In this document: in pieces, positions 28,013 through 37,652 of the stretch
Position numbering within the stretch: the stretch's first letter is position 1
Layout: every line of letters begins with the position of its first letter
Source of the DNA: Candidatus Omnitrophota bacterium
GTDB taxonomy: Bacteria > Omnitrophota > Gorgyraeia > Zapsychrales > Fredricksoniimonadaceae
NCBI GenBank assembly: GCA_028865345.1
Contig: JAGWKL010000008.1
Location: forward strand, 9,291 to 73,290
Direction: 5' to 3'
Length of the DNA stretch: 64,000 bases
Notes under the pieces: generated by a model
Told to the model about the DNA's origin: nothing
What the model saw: the letters and a program-made list of their open reading frames with translations, nothing else
Databases searched by the model: none
Translations under genes and position numbers: made by a program

Positions 28013-28621
28013 ATGAAGAAGTTTTTTATCCATATAAGCTCTTGCATCCTGCGCGGCATCCTTGCCATCATACCGATTTTTCTATGCTGGGCGGCCCTGT
28101 GGCTCATGCGCAAATTCATTGATGAACAGGTGCTTAAGTTTCTGTCGCAATACATCGATATCCGCCAGATCCCGGGTTTGGGCATTGTCCTGCTGCTGGC
28201 TTTTTTATATGTCATCGGGTTGATATTCAGCAATGTGCTGGGCCGCCAGATCTTCATGCTGATCGACGCTATCGCCCAACGCATTCCCATCATCAAAATT
28301 ATTTATGGGGTGGGCAAACAGTTTTCCGAAACCTTGTCCGTTGCCGATCCTCAAAAACAAGCTTTTAAGAAAGCTGTGTTTGTGGAATCCTTCAATGGGC
28401 AGGGCTGGATGTTGGGTTTCATCACCGGCAGCGCCAAAGGCCTCAATGGGGAAGACCTGCTGAAGGTGTATGTGCCTTCTTCGCCGCATCCATTGACAGG
28501 CATTGTTTTCTTTGTCAAGCCTTCTCAAATTCTGGATTGCGGATGGACGGTGGAAGAAGCTCTCAAAATGATCGTCTCCGTTGGCATCATTTCGCCGGAA
28601 GAAATCAAAAAAGTAAATTAA
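28013..28621 (+). CDS. DUF502 membrane protein.
   Basis: Two N-terminal TM helices and conserved VYVPSSPHPLTGIVFFV. Confidence 0.7.
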   Translation: MKKFFIHISSCILRGILAIIPIFLCWAALWLMRKFIDEQVLKFLSQYIDIRQIPGLGIVLLLAFLYVIGLIFSNVLGRQIFMLIDAIAQRIPIIKIIYGVGKQFSETLSVADPQKQAFKKAVFVESFNGQGWMLGFITGSAKGLNGEDLLKVYVPSSPHPLTGIVFFVKPSQILDCGWTVEEALKMIVSVGIISPEEIKKVN

Positions 28622-28630
28622 AATCTCATC

Positions 28631-29689
28631 ATGCATTATTTAGGACGTTATTGGAAGGCAAGCTCTGACGGCCGTCTGCAATGCCGGCTTTGCCCGCGCC
28701 TGTGCACCCTGAGTGAAGGCCAAAGAGGTTTCTGTTTTGTGCGCCAGAACTTGAGACACCGCATGGTCTTGACCACCTACGGGCGTTCCAGCGGATTTTG
28801 CCTTGACCCCATCGAGAAAAAGCCACTGAACCATTTCCTGCCGGGGACATCCTGCCTTTCTTTCGGCACCGCCGGATGCAATTTGGGATGCAAATTTTGC
28901 CAGAACTGGGACATCAGTAAATCCAGGGAGTTTGAACGTTTGAGCGAAGAAGCCACGCCCCGCCTTATCGCCGAGACCGCAGTTCGTTTAGGGGCCAAAA
29001 GCATTGCGTTTACCTACAACGATCCCGTGATATTTGCCGAGTATGCCATAGACACTGCCGTTGAATGCCGCCGCCTGGGCATTAAAACCGTCGCGGTGAC
29101 GGCAGGGTATATAACTCCCGAGGCCAGGGGGGAATTCTATCGTCATATGGATGCGGCCAACGTGGACCTAAAAGGTTTTACGGAGGATTTTTACAACAAG
29201 ATCACTTTAGGCCGCCTGCAGCCGGTTTTAGACACGTTGGTCTATTTAAAAAAAGAAACCAAGGTATGGTTTGAGATCACCAATTTGATGATCCCCGGCT
29301 TAAACGACCGGAAAGAGGAGACGGCGGACATGTGCCAATGGATCGCGGATCATTTGGGGCCCGATGTGCCTGTGCATTTCACCGCTTTTCATCCGGATTA
29401 TAAAATGACGGACCGGCCGCGCACGCCGTTTGAAACCTTGAAAGAAGCCCGCGCAATCGCCTTGTCCAAAGGGCTTCATTATGTTTACACGGGTAACGTC
29501 CATGACCCGGGCGGCTCAAGCACGTATTGCCCCAACTGCCGGGAATTATTGATCGAACGCGACTGGTTTGTCCTGGGGGGATATCATGTGCATGACAACG
29601 CCTGCAAGTTTTGCAATACACCCATTGCCGGTGTTTTTGAAAAGGTGCCCGGAAATTGGGGGGCCAAAAGAGTGCCGGTGCAATTATGA
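28631..29689 (+). CDS. amrS: AmmeMemoRadiSam-system radical SAM enzyme (AmrS-like, PFL-activase-related).
   Basis: CNLGCKFCQNW CxxxCxxC plus N-terminal CRLCPRLC...GFCFVRQ typical of AmrS. Confidence 0.75.
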   Translation: MHYLGRYWKASSDGRLQCRLCPRLCTLSEGQRGFCFVRQNLRHRMVLTTYGRSSGFCLDPIEKKPLNHFLPGTSCLSFGTAGCNLGCKFCQNWDISKSREFERLSEEATPRLIAETAVRLGAKSIAFTYNDPVIFAEYAIDTAVECRRLGIKTVAVTAGYITPEARGEFYRHMDAANVDLKGFTEDFYNKITLGRLQPVLDTLVYLKKETKVWFEITNLMIPGLNDRKEETADMCQWIADHLGPDVPVHFTAFHPDYKMTDRPRTPFETLKEARAIALSKGLHYVYTGNVHDPGGSSTYCPNCRELLIERDWFVLGGYHVHDNACKFCNTPIAGVFEKVPGNWGAKRVPVQL

Positions 29690-30447
29690 AAATCCTCTCC
29701 TGGAACGTCAACGGCATACGCGCCATCGAGAAAAAAGGGTTCTTGGAATGGCTCCATCAGGAATCCCCGGACATCCTTTGCCTTCAGGAAACCAAGGCCC
29801 ATCCTGAGCAATTGTCCGATACGCTTCTTAAACCAAAAGGGTATTACACCTACTGGTCCGCCGCCCAAAAAAAAGGTTACAGCGGGGTGAGTATTTACAG
29901 CAAGGTCGCGCCCAAAACCGTCAGTGATGTCTTGGGGGTGGCGGAATGCGACACCGAAGGCCGCACCCTGATCGCGGATTACGGCGATTTTATTTTATTC
30001 AACATCTATTATCCCAACGGCGGGCAGGGCAATAAACGGGTGCCTTATAAGATGAAATTTTACGACACCTTCCTGGCCAAGGCCGAGTCCTTGCGCAAGA
30101 AAGGCAGGAAAATAATCGTTACCGGGGATGTCAATACCGCCCACACGCCGATAGACCTGGCCCGCCCCAAAGAAAACGAAAAAAACACCGGTTTTCTTCC
30201 CGAAGAACGGGAATGGGTCGGCAAGTTCATCAGCCGCGGGTACGTGGACACCTTCCGTCATTTCACCAAGGACGGCGGGCATTACACCTGGTGGGATTAT
30301 TATACCGGTGCCCGTGCCCGTGACGTCGGTTGGCGCATCGATTACTTTTTTGTTACTGAAAATTTACTTCCCGTTTTAAAGAAAGCCTATATATTAAAAA
30401 GCGTTATGGGCTCTGACCATTGTCCCATCGGCATTGAACTTGGCTGA
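29686..30447 (+). CDS. xthA: Exodeoxyribonuclease III (AP endonuclease).
   Basis: MKILSWNVNGIRA...DILCLQETK...GSDHCPI. Confidence 0.95.
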   Translation: MKILSWNVNGIRAIEKKGFLEWLHQESPDILCLQETKAHPEQLSDTLLKPKGYYTYWSAAQKKGYSGVSIYSKVAPKTVSDVLGVAECDTEGRTLIADYGDFILFNIYYPNGGQGNKRVPYKMKFYDTFLAKAESLRKKGRKIIVTGDVNTAHTPIDLARPKENEKNTGFLPEEREWVGKFISRGYVDTFRHFTKDGGHYTWWDYYTGARARDVGWRIDYFFVTENLLPVLKKAYILKSVMGSDHCPIGIELG

Positions 30448-30494
30448 AATTACGTAGATTCACTGATACCCGGACGCCTTTTTATCAGATAAAC

Positions 30495-30507
30495 TTGTAT
30501 TTTACAA
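30495..30507. promoter_or_regulatory. Short palindrome TTGTA-TTT-TACAA upstream of the nickel permease gene; possible operator.
   Basis: Perfect 5-bp inverted repeat, 17 nt upstream of the start, overlapping a -10-like AT stretch. Confidence 0.2.
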
Positions 30508-30523
30508 TGTCCAGAGGTCATCT

Positions 30524-31540
30524 ATGCAGTCCCGCAATCAGGTTATCGCGACATATGCCGTTATCCTCACAGCGACCGCAGCGGTTTGGATATGGGCCAT
30601 CAGGGAATTTTACGGCCATCCCGTTCTTCTTGGTTCGGCGTTCCTGGCGTATACGTTGGGATTAAGGCATGCCGTTGACGCCGACCATATCGCCGCCATC
30701 GATAATGTCACCCGTAAATTAATGCAGGAGGGTATACATTGCGCCGATGCCGGTTTTTTCTTCTCCCTCGGGCATTCTTCGGTGGTGATTCTGGTCTCAG
30801 CCTTTGTGGCAATGACGGCCGGGACTTTCAGCGGCCAATTGGGCGCTATTTCATCGGTGGGCAGCGTCTTGGGGACCTGTGTTTCCGCGGTTTTCCTGCT
30901 GGGCCTTGGTCTTATCAATATTGTTATATTTTTCCAGATCTATAAAACTTTCAAACAGGTCAGGGAGACAGGGATTTACTCGGATGAAGACCTTGACCTG
31001 TTATTGTCCAAGCGGGGATTCCTTTCCAAGATATTCCGACGTTTGTTCGGGATGGTGCGCGCCAGCCGGCAGATGTTTCCCATCGGGTTTTTGTTTGGTT
31101 TGGGATTCGACACTTCGACGGAAGTCGCCATGATCGGCATTGCTGCCGCAAGCCTGCTTAAAGGCATGAGCATTTGGTCCATCATGATTTTTCCTCTTTT
31201 GTTTACGGCAGGGATGACCCTGGTGGATACGACGGACGGCGTCCTCATGCAGAAGGCCTACCAATGGGCATACCTTACGCCGGTGCGTAAACTTTATTAC
31301 AACCTGGCCATGACCGCCGCCTCTGTCATCGTCGCTCTTATTGTCGCCGGCATCGAGGCCCTTGGGCTTTTGGGTGGCCGGCTTTCGATGAAAGGTTGTT
31401 TTTGGGATATGATCACAGCTTTGAACGGTAATCTCAATACGGTAGGCTTTTTTATTATCGGGTTCTTTTTAAGCGCCTGGCTGCTGTCTGTCCTGATATA
31501 CCGATTGATCCGTTACGATGGAATACGTACTTCTACCTAA
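30524..31540 (+). CDS. hoxN: NiCoT-family nickel/cobalt permease (HoxN/HupN/NixA).
   Basis: Signature LGLRHAVDADHIAAIDN in TM2. Eight-TM pattern. Located 3 kb upstream of the [NiFe] hydrogenase genes. Confidence 0.85.
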   Translation: MQSRNQVIATYAVILTATAAVWIWAIREFYGHPVLLGSAFLAYTLGLRHAVDADHIAAIDNVTRKLMQEGIHCADAGFFFSLGHSSVVILVSAFVAMTAGTFSGQLGAISSVGSVLGTCVSAVFLLGLGLINIVIFFQIYKTFKQVRETGIYSDEDLDLLLSKRGFLSKIFRRLFGMVRASRQMFPIGFLFGLGFDTSTEVAMIGIAAASLLKGMSIWSIMIFPLLFTAGMTLVDTTDGVLMQKAYQWAYLTPVRKLYYNLAMTAASVIVALIVAGIEALGLLGGRLSMKGCFWDMITALNGNLNTVGFFIIGFFLSAWLLSVLIYRLIRYDGIRTST

Positions 31541-31610
31541 AACTTTTCGTAACTTTGCGGATACTCTAATAGGCTTTTGTATAGTACACTTAATTTAATC
31601 TTTATATGAG

Positions 31611-31630
31611 CCTGCCTGGCGGCAGGCAGG
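31611..31630 (+). promoter_or_regulatory. Hairpin overlapping the ribosome-binding site of the ADP-forming acetyl-CoA synthetase gene.
   Basis: Perfect 8-bp inverted repeat CCTGCCTG-GCGG-CAGGCAGG. Its 3' arm overlaps SD AGGGAG (31628-33), which lies 6 nt before GTG 31640. Confidence 0.35.
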
Positions 31631-31639
31631 GAGTTGCCT

Positions 31640-33700
31640 GTGAAAAACCTCGACCGCGCATTTAATCCAAAACGCGTTGCCGTTATAGGTGCATCATCTG
31701 ATCCTTCCAAAATCGGCCATCAAGTGATCAAGAATATCATCGAAGGCGGATATCAAGGGGAAATCATCCCTGTTAATCCCAAGGCCGATGTCATTCTTGG
31801 TGTTAAGGCCTATAAATCCCTCAATGATGTTCCCGAAGGGGTGGACCTGGTCATCATTGCCATCCCCGCGCCTTTGGTGGTCGGCGCCATGGAAGAGTGC
31901 GCGAGGCGCAAGGTGGGCGCGGTTGCCGTCATCACCTCCGGATTCGCCGAAGTGGGCAAGACACAGGAAGAGTTGAAATTAAAAAAGATCGCCGATGATC
32001 ACGATATCGCCCTTTTTGGGCCCAATATTTTCGGCCTGGCTTACCCGCCCGAAAAATTAAACGCCAGCTTCGGTCCCAAGGACATTTACCCCGGTAAAAT
32101 CGCCTTTATCACCCAAAGCGGGGCGTTGGGGATCGGCCTCATGGGCTGGACAGCGATGAAAAAGATCGGTCTGGCGGCCCTGGTGAGTATCGGCAACAAA
32201 GCGGACATTGATGAAACGGATTTGATTGAATATTTTAATAAGGACGAAAATGTCAATGTGCAGTTGCTCTATATGGAGGGGGTCAAGAATGGCCCCAAAT
32301 TCCTGCAAACCAAGATCGAAAAACCGACGGTTGTCCTTAAAGTAGGCCGTTCCACCCGCGGGGCCCAGGCCGCGGCGTCCCATACAGGATCTTTATCGGG
32401 GTCGGACAAAATATACGACGGGGCATTTAAACAGATAGGGCTGCTTAGGGCCTCGACCTTTATTGAGGCATTCAGCTGGGCCCGCGCCCTGTCCCAACCG
32501 TTGCCCAAGGGCGAAGACACGCTCATTATCACCAACGGCGGCGGCATCGGGGTGGCCACCACCGACGAGTGTGAGGCCCAGGGCATTAAGATCTTGGATG
32601 ATCCCGCCTGGCTTGAGGCAAAATTCCGCCCCACCATGCCGGATTACGGCAGCACGAAGAATCCCATTGACGTCACCGGCGGCGCCGGGGTTGACGGTTA
32701 CCGCAAGGCCCTGAAAATTGCTTTTGCTGAAGACAGGGTCAAATCCATCATCGTTCTTTATTGTGAAACAGCCGTCACCGACCCCATGGACATTGCCGTG
32801 GCCGTCAATGAGGCTTTTGAAGGTGCCGGACGCAATAAGCCGGTCGTCGTGGCCATGGTCGGGGGAGAACGCACCCGCGAAGCTCTGGTGTATTTGAACG
32901 AGAAACTTATCCCGGCATCCAGCCTGGTCGACATATCCGTCTCCGCGCTTGCGATCATTTATTCATGGGCGCAAATCAAGGCCCGCGGGAGGTCCAGGTT
33001 GGTTTTGGAGAAACCTCCGGCCCAGGTCAACAAAATCATGGACGCGGCACAGGCCCAAGGCAGAAAAATTCTTATGGAGCATGAGGCCCGCCAGGTCATG
33101 GAACTGTGCGGGGTCCCGACGCCTAAATGGGGCTTTGCCCGAAGCGGCGATGAGGCCGTCAGGATCGCCGAGAGCAAACAAATGTATCCTTTGGCCATGA
33201 AGATCGCTTCCCCGGATATCGTGCATAAATCCGATGTGGGGGGTGTCGTGCTCAACATCCGCGACGGGAAGGAATTAAAAGACCGTTATGAAGCCATGAT
33301 GGCCAGGATCAAGAAAGACTGCCCGAAGGCCGATTTACAGGGCGTTAATCTCATCCAAATGGTCAGCGGCATCGAATGCATTGTGGGCATCAGCACAGAC
33401 CCTCAATTCGGGCCGGCGGTGATGTTCGGCTTAGGCGGGGTGTTTGTGGAGGCGCTTAAAGACGTCACCTTCCGGGTGGTGCCGTTTGATGCCGATGAGG
33501 CCGGACGGATGATCTCAGAGATCAAGGCCAAAAAGATATTAGACGGTTTTCGGGGGATGAAAGCCCACAAGGATTCGATCATCAAGACCCTGGTGGCCGT
33601 GCAAAAGCTCTCCCCCTTGGTCAAAGAGATCGACATTAATCCTTTGTTGACCAATCACAACGGTTCTTATGCCGTAGATGCGAGGATCGTATTAAAATGA
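31640..33700 (+). CDS. Acetyl-CoA synthetase (ADP-forming), fused alpha/beta.
   Basis: N-terminal CoA-binding plus succinyl-CoA-synthetase-like domains (VAVIGASSDPSKIGH; phospho-His region GAQAAASHTGSLSG) and a C-terminal ATP-grasp. GTG at 31640 is chosen for SD spacing; the track's TTG at 31634 is also possible. Confidence 0.85.
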   Translation: MKNLDRAFNPKRVAVIGASSDPSKIGHQVIKNIIEGGYQGEIIPVNPKADVILGVKAYKSLNDVPEGVDLVIIAIPAPLVVGAMEECARRKVGAVAVITSGFAEVGKTQEELKLKKIADDHDIALFGPNIFGLAYPPEKLNASFGPKDIYPGKIAFITQSGALGIGLMGWTAMKKIGLAALVSIGNKADIDETDLIEYFNKDENVNVQLLYMEGVKNGPKFLQTKIEKPTVVLKVGRSTRGAQAAASHTGSLSGSDKIYDGAFKQIGLLRASTFIEAFSWARALSQPLPKGEDTLIITNGGGIGVATTDECEAQGIKILDDPAWLEAKFRPTMPDYGSTKNPIDVTGGAGVDGYRKALKIAFAEDRVKSIIVLYCETAVTDPMDIAVAVNEAFEGAGRNKPVVVAMVGGERTREALVYLNEKLIPASSLVDISVSALAIIYSWAQIKARGRSRLVLEKPPAQVNKIMDAAQAQGRKILMEHEARQVMELCGVPTPKWGFARSGDEAVRIAESKQMYPLAMKIASPDIVHKSDVGGVVLNIRDGKELKDRYEAMMARIKKDCPKADLQGVNLIQMVSGIECIVGISTDPQFGPAVMFGLGGVFVEALKDVTFRVVPFDADEAGRMISEIKAKKILDGFRGMKAHKDSIIKTLVAVQKLSPLVKEIDINPLLTNHNGSYAVDARIVLK

Positions 33701-34146
33701 CCAATGTCCAGCTAGTCCAGGCGCTCCAAGCATCCATTGCCCCGTGCGTATTGATTTCGGGGGACGGGCTTTTATTGCTGTCGATGTCCAATCGTCTTTC
33801 CAGGCCGATTGAAAGGATCCGCTATTTATGCGACCAGATCAAGGCGCACCCCCACAAGGACCATCAGGCGACCCGCGAGCAGATCGAAATTTTGTATACG
33901 CGAAGCAAACTTTTGCGCAGCGCCATCGGCTGCCTGATCTGCAGCATCGCGTTTATATCGTCCATTGTCCTTTTGTTGTTCCTGGGCACTTTTTACAACT
34001 GGCCGTTCAATGCCTTTATCGGCATTTTATTCGTTTTGAGCCTGGTTTTTTTGCTGGTTTCAACCGCTTTTTTCCTGATGGACATTCATTGGGCCCTGGA
34101 TTCCCTGAAGATTGAGATCCGTCATACACAAGCCGCGCAGGTTTAG
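33697..34146 (+). CDS. DUF2721-like small membrane protein.
   Basis: N-terminal amphipathic region plus two C-terminal TM helices. Pattern resembles DUF2721. Confidence 0.45.
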   Translation: MTNVQLVQALQASIAPCVLISGDGLLLLSMSNRLSRPIERIRYLCDQIKAHPHKDHQATREQIEILYTRSKLLRSAIGCLICSIAFISSIVLLLFLGTFYNWPFNAFIGILFVLSLVFLLVSTAFFLMDIHWALDSLKIEIRHTQAAQV

Positions 34147-34196
34147 GGCCCTTGATAAAATCAGGAAGAAGGCTTAGCATGGATGTGGTGACCTGT

Positions 34197-34210
34197 CCCC
34201 GGGATCGGGG
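34197..34210. promoter_or_regulatory. Palindrome CCCCG-GGAT-CGGGG 18 nt upstream of hoxE.
   Basis: Perfect 5-bp GC inverted repeat, immediately 5' of SD AGAGAGG and the hoxE ATG. Confidence 0.25.
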
Positions 34211-34227
34211 ATAAGAGAGGAACGTAT

Positions 34228-34740
34228 ATGAAACAAAAGAAATCGATCCTTGACGAGAACCTTTCCAGGAACGACCCGCGCGTAAAACAAATTTTAGTGA
34301 AGATGAAAAAGGAAAATTACCGTCCGGACGCCCTGATTGAGATCCTGCACACGGCCCAAAACTCTTACGGGTATCTGCCCATGAGCGTCCTGGCGTTCAT
34401 CACCAAGGAATTAAAGGTCCCGCCCAGCCGGGTGTTTTCGACGGTCACCTTCTACCACTTTTTCTCGCTGAAATCCAAGGGCGAACACACCTGCCTGGTC
34501 TGCACAGGCACGGCCTGTTACGTTAAAGGCGCCGAACGGATCCTTTCCGAAATAGAAAAAGATTTCCACCTGAAGCCCGGGATGGTGACGAATGACAATA
34601 AATTGGGGCTCTCGACGGCCCGCTGCATCGGCGCCTGCGGCCTGGCGCCTGCCATGGTCGTCGATGATGAAGTCCACGCCAAAGTCAAGCCCGAAGACGT
34701 CAAAAACATGGTCCTTTCAAAAACCGGAGTCCGAGTATGA
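34228..34740 (+). CDS. hoxE: Bidirectional hydrogenase diaphorase subunit HoxE (NuoE-like 2Fe-2S).
   Basis: CxxxxC...CxxxC thioredoxin-like ferredoxin motif ([13 protein letters not shown]...CIGACGLAP). Confidence 0.9.
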   Translation: MKQKKSILDENLSRNDPRVKQILVKMKKENYRPDALIEILHTAQNSYGYLPMSVLAFITKELKVPPSRVFSTVTFYHFFSLKSKGEHTCLVCTGTACYVKGAERILSEIEKDFHLKPGMVTNDNKLGLSTARCIGACGLAPAMVVDDEVHAKVKPEDVKNMVLSKTGVRV

Positions 34741-36416
34741 ACCGCCAAGACTTAAAAACGATGGCTGATGCCGCCAAGGCCGAACATAACAAGTATAAGC
34801 ACAAAATATGCGTCTGTTGCGGGGCAGGCTGCATTTCTTCAGGTTCCGAAGCCGTGCTTAAGAAATTGCAGGAAGAGGTCAAGACCCGCGGCCTGGAAAA
34901 TGACGTCAGAGTTGTCCCTTCCGGATGCATGGGGCCCTGCAATCAGGGGCCATTGGTCAAGGTCATGCCGGAATACGCGATCTATCAGAAGGTCAATTGC
35001 GAAAATATTGCTGCGGTGGTGCAGAGCCAATTGATCGACAAGAAACCGATAGAGGATTTGTTGCTGTTTGCGGATTCCCGGCCCAAGCCGTTTGTGAATG
35101 CCCAGGAAGACCCGTTCTTTGAAAAGCAGTATAAAATTGTTTTGAAAGACTGCGGGTCCATCAATCCCGAAAACATCGAAGATTACATTGTACGCGACGG
35201 CTACAAGGCCTTGGACAAGGTCCTTTTCCAGATGTCATCGGAAGAAGTGATCGCGGAGATAAAGCACAGCCGTTTGCGCGGCCGCGGCGGCGCCGGTTTT
35301 CCGACGGGCATCAAATGGGAGACCGTGTATAAATATGTGGCTGACCAGAAATATGTCATTTGCAACGGGGATGAAGGCGACCCCGGCGCCTTCATGGACC
35401 GCAGCGTCCTGGAAGGCAACCCTCACCGCGTCCTGGAAGGCATGGCCATTGCGGGCTATGCGGTGGGAGCCAACAAAGGTTATGCCTACATCCGCGGCGA
35501 ATACCCTTTGGCCATCAAACGCTTTGAGGCCGCTATCAAGGCCGCCAAAAAGCTGGGTCTGTTAGGCCCTAATATATTAGGAAGCCCTTTTTCTTTTGAC
35601 ATTGAAATCCGCATCGGTGCCGGCGCCTTTGTCTGCGGGGAAGAAACGGCCCTCATCGCTTCCATCGAAGGCAAAAGGGGAACGCCGCGTCCCAGGCCGC
35701 CGTTTCCCGCGGAATCAGGCTTGTGGGGCAGGCCTACACTTATCAATAATGTGGAAACCCTGGCCAGCATAGCTCCCATCATCAACCGCGGGGGGGAATG
35801 GTACAGCGAGATCGGCACGCCCAAAAGCGCGGGGACCAAGGTCTTTGCCCTGGCCGGCAAGATCAACTATTCCGGTTTGATCGAAGTCCCCATGGGCATG
35901 ACCCTGCGTGAGATCGTTTTTGATATCGGAGGAGGGGTGCCGGGTGGGAAGCAATTCAAGGCTGCGCAAACCGGCGGACCGTCGGGCGGCTGTATTCCTA
36001 AAGAGCATTTGGACGTTAAAGTAGACTATGAATCTTTAGTCAGCCTTGGTTCCATCATGGGTTCGGGAGGGCTCATCATTATGGATGATTCCTCCGACAT
36101 GGTGGATGTGGCCCGGTTCTTCATGGAATTCTGCATGGATGAATCCTGCGGCAAATGCGTGCCTTGCCGGGTGGGCACCAAAATGATGTACGACCTTTTA
36201 AGCAAAATTTGTTCCGGTCAGGGCAGCTTAAAAGACATCGAGAAGTTGGAAGAATTGGCCGTCTATGTCAAGGAGGCCAGCCTTTGCGGGCTGGGGATGT
36301 CCGCCCCTAATCCGCTTTTGAGCACATTGAGATATTACAAAAATGAATACCTGGCCCATATTAAAGAAAACAAGGCGTTTGAGTTAAAGGCCGCCGGGGA
36401 GGTCTCTCATGGCTAA
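34737..36416 (+). CDS. hoxF: Diaphorase subunit HoxF (NuoF-like; NAD, FMN and 4Fe-4S binding).
   Basis: N-terminal 2Fe-2S domain. FMN/NADH site ([28 protein letters not shown]). 4Fe-4S site ([10 protein letters not shown]). Confidence 0.9.
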   Translation: MNRQDLKTMADAAKAEHNKYKHKICVCCGAGCISSGSEAVLKKLQEEVKTRGLENDVRVVPSGCMGPCNQGPLVKVMPEYAIYQKVNCENIAAVVQSQLIDKKPIEDLLLFADSRPKPFVNAQEDPFFEKQYKIVLKDCGSINPENIEDYIVRDGYKALDKVLFQMSSEEVIAEIKHSRLRGRGGAGFPTGIKWETVYKYVADQKYVICNGDEGDPGAFMDRSVLEGNPHRVLEGMAIAGYAVGANKGYAYIRGEYPLAIKRFEAAIKAAKKLGLLGPNILGSPFSFDIEIRIGAGAFVCGEETALIASIEGKRGTPRPRPPFPAESGLWGRPTLINNVETLASIAPIINRGGEWYSEIGTPKSAGTKVFALAGKINYSGLIEVPMGMTLREIVFDIGGGVPGGKQFKAAQTGGPSGGCIPKEHLDVKVDYESLVSLGSIMGSGGLIIMDDSSDMVDVARFFMEFCMDESCGKCVPCRVGTKMMYDLLSKICSGQGSLKDIEKLEELAVYVKEASLCGLGMSAPNPLLSTLRYYKNEYLAHIKENKAFELKAAGEVSHG

Positions 36417-37116
36417 AATACCGCTTACGATCGATGGAAAACCCCTGGAAGTCGATACAGGCAAGACCATTCTCGAGGTCTGCAAGGAAAATAATATCGA
36501 GATCTTGACCATGTGCCATTTCGAAGGGATCGGGGACGTGGGCGCCTGCCGCCTGTGCCTGGTCGAGATCGAGGGGACAACCAAGCTGCTTCCGGCCTGC
36601 ACCACCAAGGTGGCCGCCAACCAGGTCATTAAAACCAATACCGAAAAATTAAAAAAATATCAAAAGATCACCACGGAACTGTTTTTCGCCGAACGCAATC
36701 ATATTTGCGCCGTCTGTGTGGCCGACGGCAATTGCGAGCTGCAGGATTTAGGATACAAGGTGGGCATGGACCATGTGCGCTTTCCTTATCTTTTTCCAAA
36801 AGCCGAAGTGGACACCTCCCATCCCTCGTATGTGATGGACCATAACCGCTGCATCATGTGCACCCGTTGCGTGCGGGTGTGTTCCGAGGTGGAAGGTGCC
36901 CATAACTGGGGCGTTAAAAACAGGGGGGTTGAAGTGAGGATCATTTCCGACTTTGACACCCCGTGGGGGGATTCCACGACATGCACCTCGTGCAGCAAAT
37001 GCGTCAATGTCTGCCCCACCGGCGCTTTGTGGCCCAAGGCGACGGTGCAGGGGCAATTGGTCAAAAACCCTAAGATGGTCTCAGAATTGGTGGCTAAAAG
37101 AAAGATGAACCTATGA
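36409..37116 (+). CDS. hoxU: Diaphorase subunit HoxU (NuoG N-terminal-like 2Fe-2S/4Fe-4S).
   Basis: 2Fe-2[16 protein letters not shown]. Multiple 4Fe-4S motifs ([23 protein letters not shown]). Confidence 0.9.
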   Translation: MAKIPLTIDGKPLEVDTGKTILEVCKENNIEILTMCHFEGIGDVGACRLCLVEIEGTTKLLPACTTKVAANQVIKTNTEKLKKYQKITTELFFAERNHICAVCVADGNCELQDLGYKVGMDHVRFPYLFPKAEVDTSHPSYVMDHNRCIMCTRCVRVCSEVEGAHNWGVKNRGVEVRIISDFDTPWGDSTTCTSCSKCVNVCPTGALWPKATVQGQLVKNPKMVSELVAKRKMNL

Positions 37117-37652
37117 AGAAGAAACTGGCAACGGTATGGCTGGGCGGGTGCTCGGGATGCCATATGTCGCTTTTGGATATCGATGAGCGCATCCTGGAGG
37201 TGGTCAAACTTGCGGACATCGTCAAATGCCCCATTGTCGACGGCAAGGAGTTTCCGCCGGTCGATATAGCTCTGGTGGAAGGCTCGGTGACCAGCGATGA
37301 GCATTTGCAGGAATTATTGCATATCCGCGAAGTGTCAAAGGTGCTCATCGCCCTGGGCGACTGCGCGGTGACGGCCAATGTCACGGGGATGCGCAATTAT
37401 TTGAAAAAAGAGGACGTGCTGGATCATGCGTATGTCAAGGCCGTCAGCAACGACCAGCAGGGCAAAATGCCGGGGCATCCGGCGCTGTTGAAACTGCGCG
37501 ATAAAGTGCTGCCCCTTCAGGAAGTCGTGCATGTCGACTATGCGATTCCCGGCTGCCCGCCGCCGGCAGACACCATTTTTTATGTGCTGGCCGAGCTTCT
37601 CAATGACCGCATACCCAATTTGGAGCAGGAAAGGAAGTTGAAATATGGATAG
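37113..37652 (+). CDS. hoxY: [NiFe] hydrogenase small subunit HoxY (group 3d).
   Basis: VWLGGCSGCHMSLLD proximal-cluster motif. GDCAVTANV. IPGCPP. Confidence 0.9.
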   Translation: MKKKLATVWLGGCSGCHMSLLDIDERILEVVKLADIVKCPIVDGKEFPPVDIALVEGSVTSDEHLQELLHIREVSKVLIALGDCAVTANVTGMRNYLKKEDVLDHAYVKAVSNDQQGKMPGHPALLKLRDKVLPLQEVVHVDYAIPGCPPPADTIFYVLAELLNDRIPNLEQERKLKYG

